DNA of 64,000 nucleotides from positions 71,734,001 to 71,798,000 of the forward strand of contig NC_082720.1 of NCBI RefSeq assembly GCF_030144855.1, in the 5' to 3' direction. Positions within the stretch are counted from its first letter, which is position 1. Every line of letters starts with the position of its first letter. The notes below the pieces were generated by a model. The model had not been told where the DNA came from, searched no databases, and saw only the letters and a program-made list of their open reading frames with translations. The translations under genes and the position numbers were made by a program. This document shows positions 50,228-63,182 of the stretch, in pieces. Source of the DNA: Hypanus sabinus. Taxonomy: Eukaryota.

Positions 50228-50896
50228 GTAAGTGATACATTCACTATGAAAGAGGTTTAAGATTTTCATTATAAGTGTTTAGTTAAGAAATTATGGCTTT
50301 TCTGAACTTGTGTTCTCTTAGCTACTTTACTTCTTATATCCTTCATATTGTATTGATATTTCCTCAATTTTGCATCAATCTCTATTTACAATTTTGCTCA
50401 ATTTTTCAGACAAAATATTCAGAAGAAAACTCCAGTTACTTCCTATTTGACCTGGAAATAATTTAAAAGGTTTACATGGTAGTGGCAAACTGATGCCAGA
50501 AATCCAGAGTCATTTAGATATCAAAAAATAACAATTTAGACCACTTTTTGTGTGTATACCTGAGAAAGGCTACAACCATGTTTATAGGGAGTGGTTGCAA
50601 TGAGGAGTGGTACAAGTAATGGAAAGCGATTGACCTACAGAAGTTGCAAGCTGGAGATAGGCTGTTTGATGGAAAACATCTATTAACTGAAAAATATTGA
50701 AAGCATATAATTTATGTTAGATGAGTGATTTTTGTCCCTCATCTTTTTTTTTGGATTTTGACACTATCTCTGAGAATAATAAATTCTCTGACATAATTTT
50801 CACTGTATTCCACAGCTCCTTATCAAGCCTGTTTTTAATATACTAAAATAAAATTCAAGTATACATTGTCAATAATAAATTAATTTGTATTTTAAG

Positions 50897-51049
50897 GATC
50901 TAGGTTTGGCGACTTGCAGAGGTAAAGGACGATGTAAAAATCCCAAATGTACATATGTCTATATGAACAGGTACAAACCAGGAATTTGTCCAAAGTGTGG
51001 CTATGACTTTACAAGAGACAAACAAGATATAAAGCCATCAAAACCTGTT
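50897..51049 (+). CDS. HMGXB3: HMGXB3 coding exon 12, Cys cluster repeat 2 (DLGLATCRGKGRCKNPKCTYVYMNRYKPGICPKCG..)
   Basis: tttaag|GAT..GTT|gtgagt; phase 0-0; strongly conserved. Confidence 0.95.
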
Positions 51050-52229
51050 GTGAGTATTTTTTTCAGAGTGTATACAATAATAAAAATACCCATTTAGAAA
51101 CATCATGGTCTGCGTTTCCTTGTAAATTTTTTTTTGTGTGAAAATGTTCATGAATCTAATTGGTACAAAGTCGCAAATTAAATGTAAAATTTTTTTACTT
51201 GGTGTGGTTTAGTTTTTTAGGACTGAAGGATATCTATATTACTTATAAAATTGCCCTAATCTCAGTCTAGTATATTTTTACAGCAACAAAGCTCAACTTG
51301 GCAAATGATTCCCAAGTGAATTGCTTGCTCTTAGCCATTCATATCTGAGCACTTCCTGGGAACTTGCTGTGGGTCAGATGCTAGCACTTTGGTTATAAAT
51401 ACTGTTTTGTTTGTCACTTAATAGTTTTTAATTACTCTTTCCTAAAAAACAGGTTTTCTTATTGTTTAAATGTATTTTTCAAATCATTTAAATCAAGTTA
51501 ATCGTGGAAATAACTCAAAGTGTATAGCTCGAGTGGTTGAGGATTGGGCTGGGTTGTTTTCTGATCTTGGCAATTCATTTGCAAACATTTAGTTGCCAAC
51601 TTAAAGTGTTTTTGTTTTAAGTGTCTGGTTGGGAGATGGTTAAAGATTTAGAAAGACTATGAAACCAACAAGCTGGCCACTGGCCTACTAGAGTAGATCG
51701 TCTAGGTCCTCTATTACTTGCACCACCATTGTTCTTGGCATTATTAATCTGTGGTACTTTGTCCTGAGCAGAGGGTTCATATGCGTATCTCACTTGGCAT
51801 CAGTTGTATATACTAGGTTACTGATCCAGTGTACTTATATACTTCGAATATTTTGTACTATCCGGTAATATTTGGATATTTTAAATAATTTCATTTTTCA
51901 TTCATAATTATTTTTGAAGCCATTAAATTGCTTTGATTAGTTTTATATGTCTCTGATAACAGAAGATACTGTAGTTGCTGTATCACTCAGGAAACAGAAG
52001 ACTAATGAAAAACCTTTGACAGTTAGCGACAGTACTTGTCCACTTTCCTTCTGAGGCCCTCTTCCAAATATCTTTTAAACTTAGAAAAAGTTCTTGTTTT
52101 CAGGATTATAGGAAAGAGAGCCCATGCAGTAGGCTGCTCTATGGTACAATTCTATCTCTGTGAGAGTGCCTGCACAAGTCATAAAGAAGGCAGAGGGCAT
52201 GCTTGCATTGCTAAGGCATTGTGTTAAGG

Positions 52230-52750
52230 GTCAGGACTTTATAAACTCTAGCTAGGCTGAATTTAGAATATTGCATTCATTCTGGTCAGCCTATTGTAGG
52301 GGGATGTGAAGGGTTCAGAAACAGTTTACCAAGATGCTGTTGGGATTAGAGGGCATGTTTTGCAAATAAAGATTAGACAAAGAAGCAGAGAATGAGGGGA
52401 GACCTGAAAGAAGTACATAAAGTTTTTATATAGGCATAGATAGAATAGACAGTGGTATCTTTTTCCCAGGCTCAATGTCGAATAAAAGAATGCACGAATT
52501 AAGATGGGGATGGGGATGGAGGTATTTCCTTACACAGAGTGGTGTATGCCTGGAATATGCTGCTAGGAGTGGTGGTGGAGGTAAATATAATAAAGGTGCT
52601 TAAGAGACTCTGAGATAGGCACATGAATATGCAGCGAATGGAGGGATATGGACATGTGCAAGCAAAGGGGATTGTGTAATTAACTCAATTAGTTCAGCAC
52701 AACACCGCAGGGTGAAAGAACCTTTCCTATGTTGGTCTACCTACTCTATA
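52230..52750 (+). mobile_element. Old CR1-like 3' fragment
   Basis: Decayed LYK.L.R..LEYC..FWS, RMRGDL.EV.K and WN.L motifs. Confidence 0.7.
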
Positions 52751-53321
52751 GAACAGAAGGAAATTAGCCTTCTGCAATTTTAACCTGTTCTGGGCAAGAT
52801 GCAAGTTTACATATCCAAAGTCATTAATGTGTTTACATGTCATAAGGAATTGGTGTAGGACTAGGCCATGTGATCGTTGAGCCTGCTGTATTATACATAA
52901 AGGTTATAGCTGGTCTTCTGCCTCTCCAATCTTTCCTGCCATTTTACTATATCACCACAATCATTTGCTGGCCAAAATCACAAAAATAATGGGAACCAAA
53001 CAATTTTATTTCGGTATGTTCAAGGCGGTCTCTGGTGTCTGATTTTCAACCAAATTCACAATATAAGATAATGAATAATCCAAAGAAGGAAATAGTTTTT
53101 TCTTAATTTCCTGTGTGAGATCAATGGAAAAAGAGTGTAGAAAGTAAACTTCTTGAGTTCAGAATGTCACTGGTTTGTGGGGAACGTGTCCATTGAAACT
53201 AGATGGAGACAGAAAATAAAATTTAAAAGTAAAAGGTATTAGATCAGTTGTACACAACAACTAGTTATTTGTTTTTTTTTAAAAAAAAATTTTTATATAC
53301 TGTTTTAAATTTTAATTTCAG

Positions 53322-53620
53322 ATAAGTAATACCCTTTCCTTGGGTCTGCTGAATCCAGAGGAAGGGCTAACTCAGGCCTCAAAGGACCTACAGCGTCAGA
53401 CTACATTACTTCTGCTCAGGAGAACAGTTCAAATACCAGAGAATGAAGCTGAACTTCATGAAATTTTCAGTTTAATTCAGGAACTCAACAGTTCACGGTT
53501 GGTCTTGTCAGAAGTGAATGAAACGATAACACTTGAACAGAACTCATGGCCTAATTACTTTGAATCTTCAGCCACCTTTTGTGGTCTGTGTGATAGCCAG
53601 CTGTTCAAGGGTGGACACAA
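53322..53620 (+). CDS. HMGXB3: HMGXB3 coding exon 13 (QRQTTLLLLR..QIPENEAEL..ELNSSRL..CGLC..FKGG)
   Basis: tttcag|ATA..CAC AA|gtaagg; phase 0 to 2; strongly conserved. Confidence 0.95.
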
Positions 53621-53886
53621 GTAAGGACCTTTATGTTACTATTTTATTATTAAATTATAGTAAAAGAGAACATTCAATTGACAAGTCTTGGGATTATAAA
53701 ACTGATTTTTATTAGTTAATTATTTTTTGTTCGACTGCTGCAAGGAGTTGGAGGGTGCTGCCTCCACATATGGAAATGAGGTTACTGTGGTGTGTCTGTG
53801 TGTTTAACACAAAATGATGCTTTGTTTTAAAAAAACTGTTAGGTTGCAATGAACTTGAAAACAATATTGCTCATTTTCACTATTAT

Positions 53887-53951
53887 CAGCAGTTTCCAAC
53901 CTAGGGTCCACAGGTATTGGTCCATGGCATAAAAAAATTTGGAAACCTCTG
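53887..53951. mobile_element. Tiny hAT-like MITE remnant
   Basis: CAGCAGTTTCCAA / TTGGAAACCTCTG termini; related pieces at about 11130-11177 and 29357-29402. Confidence 0.5.
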
Positions 53952-56900
53952 ATTTATATTATGCCTGTATATACATGTGATGTTTTGTTTATTTACAAAC
54001 ACTTAAAGAAAATATTATTTATGTACTTATTATTTATTCTTTAAAACTTATTGTTTATGGGTTTCATGTTTTCATTGATACTTTGTGATTAAACACTAGA
54101 TTAGAGACCAACGGTTCTCTGCTCTCAAGTTTAATTTAAACTGGCAAAGCATTCATTTTGATGTAAAGACAGAAACTGCTAAAAATCATGAACCAGGTTA
54201 CATAGCTAATGTTGAAATTGAAATAGAGGCACTGTTTCAGGGTGACGGCTTTTCATTATAAATGTACTTGCTTTGTTGCTCTAGCAGAAAAGCCTGGTTT
54301 TGATAGTTGAAAGCGTATAGAGTTGCTGCAACTCTATCCTGTCAGCCCACCCCACATGTTGTGCCTGCAACTTGATTAGAAAATCTGAAAAGGACAGAAA
54401 TGTAAAACCAGCTGGTGCTTGGCTCCTGATGAACATAATTGCTTTTTTTTACAATTAAGGACAATGGCGATGTAAATTTAGCACATGATCTTGTTAGTAC
54501 AGCAAGTACTTGGAACAGTTGTGGAAGATCAAAATTTTGGCCCGTAATCCTGCCTGTAATCCATGGTCTTGTATTAAGCATCTGCAAGTTACTGAACTGC
54601 ACAGGTCCAGGGCGGCAATCTGCCTTTGTTCTCATGAAATTCAGGAAAATCAAGTGATGTGTTAATTAGAAACACAGATTGTTTTTGTTTAATGTATCTT
54701 TCATAAATCAAAGATTAATTTTGTATCTGATGCAAATCAGAAGCATTTGTTCTTGTAGATCTTACAGCAAAAGGTCAGCCTGTTGTGCAAGTTATTTATT
54801 TTTATTTGCATCAGATAATTACTTGATCTTTGAAGTATCTGCATTCCCAATCTCTATATCATGCACAATTTTGATCACTTCATGACCATCAGGTGAGCTT
54901 CCAGCTGTTCAGGTCCAAAGCTTTGGTTATCCTTTCCTCCATTTTCCTCTGCAACTTTTTACTCTTTTAAGATGTTCATCAAAACATATGTAAATCACTT
55001 GTCATATTTTCTTTTGGTATGAAGTCTGACTTTATTTGATAAAATGTCTATGTCTATGCTGTTGCTTCAGTAACAGCACTGATTTGTTGTAGACAAATAT
55101 GCAAGTTGTTGCTCATCGTGGCCAAATCTAGTTCTGCGGATTGCAGGGGAGTGGCATCGCTAAAGAGTATGTACCAAAAAAAAAAGAGCTTATGCATATA
55201 AAAAAAATAATCTTCTGATAATTGATAAAGCCAGGCTTTCAAAAAATTACCCTTTTTATTAATTTGGAATCCATAACAACTGTATTAGTTGATTGGAAGG
55301 GGTTTGTGAATGTGCAAAATCAGCCTTTCTCCCCCCCCCCCCCCCGCCCCCCCCCCAACATTGAAGACTTGGTTGTTGAGTGTAAGAACTTGCAAAATAG
55401 TCGTCATGTGCCATTACTTTTATATTTAATTGTGATCTATCTGAATAATGTTGACAGAATCCTGTGTCAACTCAGCCAACATGTCCTTGCAGTAAATTAG
55501 AGGAAGAGGAGAATGAGATGCTGAGTAGGGGAAGAATATCGAACCAAATGTTTCCAGGTTTTGTTAAGTTCTTGTTCGTGTTTTGTTTGGCTAAAGCACA
55601 TATTCAATCCTAGGGAAGAGAGCCCAAAAGTATATTTATTCCAACATTACATGATGAAGAAAAGTATACCAACCAGAGTGTTATTTTTAGCAGGAGGGCC
55701 AGCTGGTTCCACTCATACTCCACCACATCTTCTATCGCTTTCCTCACAGATGGTCACTGGTGGGAAGTGTTTCCTCACCACCCACCAGCATTATCATTCT
55801 TTACAAAATTACCCGATTGAAAGCAGTAGGGGTTGTGACTTTTGCCAGCCTGGATGGCAATGTGAGTAGCTGGATTCCATTCCCAGCCTTTGAACTACCC
55901 TTGGGTAGAGATGGAGGTTAGCCCACAAGCATTTCTGTGGTGAATAACATGCAGTTACTGCAGTGTTTGGATAGTTCATTTGTGGTAAATTGTTCCTTTT
56001 AACAACAAAGTTGATAGACAGCAAGAATAGAAATAAGTGGGCTTTCACAAGAAAGTCAGTATTATTAAGCAATTAGTTATGAATTCTTTTAAATATTATC
56101 AGGGCTGTAGTGATGCCTTAACTCAGGTAAGCATTGAGGCCTGGAATACCTGTAGCATATATCTTGAGGCACTGGGGGAAAAATACCACCACACCATCAC
56201 TCTAACTCCTCCAGATGTAATGGCAGGAAAATCAAATCAGTATCAGCGCCTTTTCCCCAGACCAGCAGAGAGACCTTGGTTGCACTCAGCTCGCTACTCG
56301 TGTTCACTTACCTGACGCACGTTCCTGAAGCACCCTCTATTTTTAAATTTTGTCACGGGGCAAAATTACCAGGAGAAAACAGTTCAAGGATGTGCTTAAA
56401 GCTTTGTTAAAGAAATGTAATATCCCCACTGATTCTTGGGGACCTCTGGAACATGACTATTCAAAGTGGAAATAGAGCGTTCAAGTTACTGCAGTATTGA
56501 GAATCTCGACATCAGGAATGCACAATTCTGTAGATTGAGGTTAAGAATGTTGGAGAGCATAGAGTGAGAGGGGCAAAATTTTAAAGGGGCCTGAGAGGCA
56601 ACTTTTTTAAAGCAAAGGGTAGTGTGTATATGGCACAAGCTTCCAGAGGAAATGGTTGAAACACCTCTTTTAAGAAGCACTTACATAGGTACATAGGGGA
56701 AGGGGAGTGCTGCAGGGATATGAGCTGAACGCTGGAAGATAGCCTACCACCGTACAAACTATCAACCATCAACCTGACAGTAGATACCTCGGAATCCATA
56801 GAACTACAGTTGAGCCAGTGTTGGAGTTGTAGAACAATACAGCATGAATACAGGCTCACAAGACCATCAAGTTCATACTCACAGTTGTCCATCCAGCTAG

Positions 56901-56992
56901 TCCCAATTTCATGTGCTCCGTTTATATCCCTGCATGCTCCTCTATTCCATGCATCTATCCAAGTGCTTCTTAAATAATGCTTTTGGGTGTAT

Positions 56993-58680
56993 CACAACCA
57001 CAAGATCACAAGACAAAGGAGCAGAAGTAGGCCATTCGGCCCATCGAGTCTGCTCCACCACTCCATCATGAACTAAACTATTCTCCCGTCTAGTTCCAAT
57101 TTCCGGCTTTTTTCCCATATCCCTTGATACCCTGACTAATTAGATACCTGTCAATCTCCTCCTTAAAAACCCTCAATGATTGGGCCTCCACAGCTGTATG
57201 TGGCAACGAATTCCATAAATCCACGACCCTCTGGCTGAAAAAGTTTCTCCTCATCTCTGTTCTAAATGGGTACCCTCTAATTCTAAGACTGTGACCTCTT
57301 GTCCTGGACTCACCCACCAAGGGAAACAGCCTTTCCACAACTACTCTATCCAACCCTTTCAACATTCGAAATGTTTCTATGAGATCCCCTCTCATTTTTC
57401 TATATCTAATGAATACAATCCAAGAGCTGACAAACGCTCCTCATATGTTAGTCCCTGCGTTCCAGGAATCATCCTCGTAAATCTTCTCTGAACTCTCTCC
57501 ACCATCAGCACATCCTTTCTAAGATAGGGGGCCCAAAACTGCACACAGTATTCCAAATGGGGTCTCACCAGTGCCCCATAGAGCCTCATCAACACCCCCT
57601 TACTCGTGTACACTATTCTCTTGGAATGAATGCCAACATAGCATTCGTTTTCCTTACTGCCGATCCAACCTGGTGGTTAACCTTTAGGGTATCCTGCACT
57701 AGGACCCCCAAGTCCCTTTGCACTTCTGATTTTTGAATTTTCTCCCCATCTAGGTAATAATCTGCCTGATTGTTTTCTTCTTCCAAAATGTACATCCGTG
57801 CATTTCTCAATATTGTATCTCATCTGCCATTTCTTTGCCCACTCTCCTAAACTGACCAAGTCTCTCTGCAACCTTTCCGTTTCTTCAACACTTCCTGCTC
57901 CTCCACCTATCTTGGTGTCATCAGCAAACTTAGCCACAAAACCATTTAATCCAGAATCTAAATCATCGATACACAGTATAAAAAGAAGAGGCCCCTACAC
58001 CGACCCCTGCAGAACACCACTAGTAACCGACAACCAACCAGAATAGGATCCCTGTATTCCCACTCTGCTTTTTGCCTATCAGCTAATGCTCCACCCATTC
58101 CAATATCCTTCCTGTAATTCCAAGGGCCCTCATCTTATTAAGCAGCCTCTCATGCGGCACCTTATCAAAGGCCTTTTGAAAATCCAAATACACAACATCC
58201 ACAGCCTCTCCCTTGTCAATCTTATTCGAGATTACCTCAAAAAATTCCAATAGGTTGGTGAGGCAGGATCTTCCCTTCATGAAACTATTTTGTCATGCAC
58301 TTCAAGGTAATTCATAACCTCATCCTTGAGGATCGACTCCAGTAATTTTCAAACTACTGATGTCAGACTAATACGTCTGTAATTTTTTTTTGCTGCCTCC
58401 CCCTTCTTAAACAACGGAACTACATTTGCGACCTTCCAGTCCTCTGGAAACACGGCAGAGTCTACTGATTCCTGGAAGATTATTTCCAATGCCTGCACAA
58501 TCTCCAATGCCACCTCCTTCAGAACCCGTGGATGCACTTCATCTGGTCTGGGAGACTTATCTATCCGTAGTCCATTTAGCTTCTCAAGCACTTTCTCTCT
58601 AGTAATCTTGACTGTACCTAATTCTATTCCCTGAGACCTCTAGCTATCAGGTATATTGCTAATGTCTTCCACTGTGAAGC
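56993..58680 (-). mobile_element. CR1-like LINE RT to 3' end, degenerate
   Basis: KSPRPDEVHPRVLKE, VYLDFQKAFDKVPH, KFADDTK, LVRPHLEYCVQFW; short tandem tail at about 56993-57015. Confidence 0.93.
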
Positions 58681-58957
58681 AAATCCTCTGGCAGCTTGTT
58701 CATATTTTCACTGCTTGAAAAATGTTTCTCTGGTCCTTTTTTTTTCAGATCGTACCCTTCTTTACCTAAACTTCTGCGTTCTAATATTATTAATCTCAAT
58801 CCTGAAGGATGTCCTAAGAAATGTTGATACGAGTAAAGTTAATTCTGTTTTCAAGTTTACTTTTATAAAACACAAAATTAATGATATATTTTAACCTTAC
58901 TCAGTTGGAAAGCAGGATACTAACTCCCAATTTGTTCTGTATTCATTTGTGTTAATG

Positions 58958-58971
58958 CCAGTAGATGGCAG
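58958..58971 (+). promoter_or_regulatory. CTCF consensus motif
   Basis: CCAGTAGATGGCAG fits CCASYAGRKGGCRS exactly; motif only, no binding data. Confidence 0.45.
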
Positions 58972-59998
58972 TATGCTTTTTATTTACTTCAGCACGAAAG
59001 CATGAGGATATTAAAGTTCATTTCTCTACTTCATTTGCAGCTCTGTGGTCTGTCTGGATGTCTACCATGTTGTATAAGTATATGCACTTTTGCTGAACTC
59101 AGTCCAGCAAAGGAGTATTTTGCTGAGTATTTTTGGACTCTGTCCACAGTACTCCTTTTGGAAATGCAGCTGCTAGTTTGTGCTGCAATTTTTAGTTAAC
59201 TGTACTCTGTATCTAATACAATTCTTGAAGAATGTTTAAAAGTAACCAGGAGCTTAATGATAGGGCAAATAATTGTTTGCCAAACACACAACATAATGGT
59301 CCAATTGTCACTGACTTGTAAAATCCATACTGCAATCCCTCAATCTCCACCTTTTGAAATTTTGATTTATTGCTGTTTTTTCATTCCAGTACTCTAAGCA
59401 AGTGCTTGGAATAGATGAGCAGGAATGCTCTGAGTTTTAATTTTTTTTTCAAAAATCCTGCTTTTCTTCCCCAAAATATAGTCCAGTGGTATGTAAGAGG
59501 GAAGATGGACAGAAAGCAAATAATGTCCAAATCTCTGTGCACCTGGGATTTGAGTTAGAGGAGCAAGAGCTGCAAGCTCTGGCACAGTTTATTACATGAT
59601 ATGTCAAGCTGAAAATCAATGTCAATTCATTAAATACAGTATATCTTATACGACCACTTAAGCTTTGATTTGTTTGCACAGTGCATCATAGTGTCAGTTC
59701 TACTTTGTTAAGAGTTTTGAAGTTAAATAAAGTAATTCTGTGCCAATGATATTGAAGCTTTAGTTTAAGTAAAGCAGTCTTGATTTGTCTTATTAATTGT
59801 GCTACATGGGGGTGAAGAGAGAAGGGGAAGTAGTGAATTCTCAACATACCATTTTAATAGAATATACCCAATTCTGATAGGTTGTTGATCATTCACATGC
59901 CATGGGCTTCAATATTATTGCAGAAGTTTACAAAAATGTATTTGTAATGAAGCTCCAAAAATTTCTGAAGCTTCTTTTTTCTTGTTTATTTCTTATAG

Positions 59999-60126
59999 TT
60001 CATTAGCTGGCCCTGAGGAATGCTGGCTGCTAACAGAAAGCCAGTTCCAGGTGGTTATCGTTCAGACAAAGATCTGCATGAATCCTCACTGCCTTGCACT
60101 TCATAACTTCACTGACATCAGCTCAG
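59999..60126 (+). CDS. HMGXB3: HMGXB3 coding exon 14 (SLAGPEECWLLTESQFQVVIVQTKICMNPHCLALHNFTDISS); gene continues beyond window
   Basis: cttatag|T TCA..TCA G|gtaaga; phase 2 to 1; strongly conserved. Not in the ORF track. Confidence 0.95.
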
Positions 60127-60679
60127 GTAAGAGATTTACCTACCTTTGAGTTTGTGTATCTGTTCCCATACAATCACTCAAGTCACTTCTGGAATTTCTT
60201 TAGATAATATTCTCTGTGAGATTCTGGAAATAATTTTATATTGTATGAAACAGGCATAATTTACATTTTAATGATGATTGCTGCACATGATTGCTCATTT
60301 GTAGCAGTTCTGCTTTGAGATAATTTGCTCATATATGCTCTGTTGCATGCCACTTGACAAAACTGGATTTATAAACTACATGTTGTTCTATTTTATTAAA
60401 CTTTGACTTGAAATAATTGCTGTTTTTTAATTGCAAAATTTACCCTAATCATGAGGCCTAATGTCAGAATTAATCCTATCCTACATAATTTTCTTCTGGA
60501 AAATTATACAATAACCATGAAAGGGTAAGATCAGTAGATGAGACATTTGTTTTCTCACTGGTGTATGGGAACATTCATACAGTGGAGTCATTTATTGTTC
60601 TGATCAATAGCTAGACGATAAAGCTGATTCTAGCATGAAAATAAAGTGAAAAATAAAAAAAAATACCTTTCCATTAATA

Positions 60680-61411
60680 TGTGGCAATCTCCCTCAATAT
60701 CACAAAAACAAAAGAGCTGATTGTGGATTACAGGAGAAATGGAGATGGGCTAACCCCTATTGACATCAATGGATCTGGGATTGAGAGGATGAACAGCTTT
60801 AAGTTCCTCAGCATAAAGATCACCGAGGATTTCACGTGGTCTGTACGTACCAGCTGTGGCAAAAAAGTAACAACAGTGCCTCTTTCACCTCAGGCAGTTG
60901 AAGAAGTTTGGTATAGGCCCCCCAAGTCCTATGAACTTTCTACAGGGGTACGTTCGAGAGCACCCTGACTAGCTGCATTACTGCTTGGTATGGGAGCTGT
61001 ACTTCCCTCAATCACAGGATTTTGTAGACAATGGTGCAGACAGTTCAGCATATCTGTAGATGTGAATTTCCCATTATTCAGGACATTTACAAAGACAGAT
61101 GTATAAAAAGGGCCAGAAGGATCATTGGGGACCTGAGTCACCCCAATCACAAACTGTTCCAGCTGTTACCAGCCAGGGAACGGTAGCGCAGCATAAAAGC
61201 CAGGACCAACAGGCTCTGGGACAGCTTCTTCTATCAGGCCATCAGACTGATTAATTCATGCTAACGCAACTGTATTTTTACGTTATATTGACTGTCCTGT
61301 TGTACGTACTATTTATTACAAATTGCTATGATTGCACATTGCACATTCAGACAGAGATGTAAAGATTTTTACTCATCTATATGAAGGATGTAAGTAATAA
61401 AGACAATTCAA
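60680..61411 (+). mobile_element. Rex-Babar LINE 3' fragment
   Basis: LNITKTKELIVDYRR..INGSGIERMNSFKFL; same family as 15013-19078. Confidence 0.87.
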
Positions 61412-62939
61412 TGAGTCATTTCTAATGACATTGTCTTAATAAATATTAGTAATGTTATTTGATTATTTAATGTCAATGTTGGGTTTTTAATCTCTAGGAT
61501 TTCTAGTCTGGTTTCAAAAGTGATGGTTAAAATTTAGCTTCAACTTAATTATAAGCAAATCACTGAAAGAGTAACGAGAGTTGTAATACAGAATATAATA
61601 TCACTGCATTGCCATGCCTATTAACTTTTCCCTTTTTGGGTATAGTTTAATTTGAAGTTAGTCATGAGCGTATGTATAAAGAGTAACAGCACATTTCTGT
61701 TGATTGCTCAGGATTTTTTGGGTAGAAGTGAATGTTAAACTGTAACCACAATTGTTTTTCATGATGTTAGTCATCTGGCACAAATGAGAGTTCTGCACTA
61801 GAATTGATGGTGTCATCTTAAATGGTGGCTTGTATTAAGGCTATTGTTTGTTGAACTAATTTTACACCAAAATGTGAAATTCCAGCCCAAGCCCAGTAGG
61901 TCTGGGTGGATGAATATTCCAATAAATTATCACTGTACGGGTTATATCATGTCAACTCCCGGTTTAGTATTTCATCCAAGTCAGCATGATTTGCTTAATA
62001 TCACTGCCTGCACATCATGATTGACATTGCAATGTTTATAGCAATGGTTATGCCTGAAAAACAGAGCAGCTCTTGAGTCAGGTTTGTATAGATTATAGAG
62101 TAGTCAGGTTCAAGTTGTGATTTAATTCTGTACAAAGCAGGCCTCTGGTTTAAACTACATCTTTATTGCCTCTTATTTTTATTTTTCTATATGTCTCTAT
62201 TTATTTTCCTGTCTACATTTTTCCCCTTGGTTCCTTTCTATCACTCCTCTTTTTGTTTTGAAGTGTTGTCACAGGTCAATCCGTTCCATACCTTGCAATA
62301 TTTAATATTAATGCACTTCAGTTTGTTACTTATATGTGATTTTTCTGCACATTTTATCCTTGCCTTCATAAGTTATCGTGTGTTTTGTGGTTTACACCCT
62401 GCTTTGAAGAAACATCTAGTATATATAATATGGTTATATCTGCTATACACATGTGTATATAGTTAAATGACAAACTTCACTTGACACTTGATTTCAGACC
62501 TGTTAGTTTGATTTTAAAGTACAATATTGAAAGAGTTTCTTCCATACATTAAATTTGTGTCTGAGTTCACCTTTCGTAGATTATACTTAATAAAGGAGTG
62601 AAGAAACGGAATGAGTACAGTGCAGGCATATTGATTACCTACGCACCTCATGTCTCTCTTTGCTTGTATGTACGTTTTAATGAAATTTTCTGTGAGTGTC
62701 AAAACTAGGAGGAGCAAAGAACAAGGGTTTTTTAAATTTATTTTTATTTTGAAAGCTGAATTGGCATAACTTGTCTTAGATCTGTGAATACTGGTTTGCT
62801 TAGTGTTCCTAGAGCCAAGCATAAAAGAACTGCTGATGCGACCTTTTACTTTTACAAACCAAAAATCGGGAATACAGCAGGGAAATAAAGTTCATGCTCA
62901 CCGTCAACCACCCCACCTCGTTTACACCAATACTACATG

Positions 62940-63182
62940 CATCTTATTTTCTGTTCTCTATACCATCTCATCAGCTGCCCTACAGTCTACCATTTACTTG
63001 CACACTAGGGACAATTTACTGTGGCCAACTAATCTACCAAGCCTGTAGTACTTTGGGCTATAGTAGAAAGCCCATGCAATCAATGAAAGAACCTGCATAT
63101 TCAACACAGTACCCAAAATCAGGATCAAATCTGGACTCTGGCACTGCAATGCAGAGGATCTACTAGCTGTGCCACTGCATGA
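62940..63182 (-). mobile_element. Decayed V-SINE
   Basis: gggacaatttac..gccaa.taatctacc....tttggg..., similar to 10430-10620. Confidence 0.5.
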
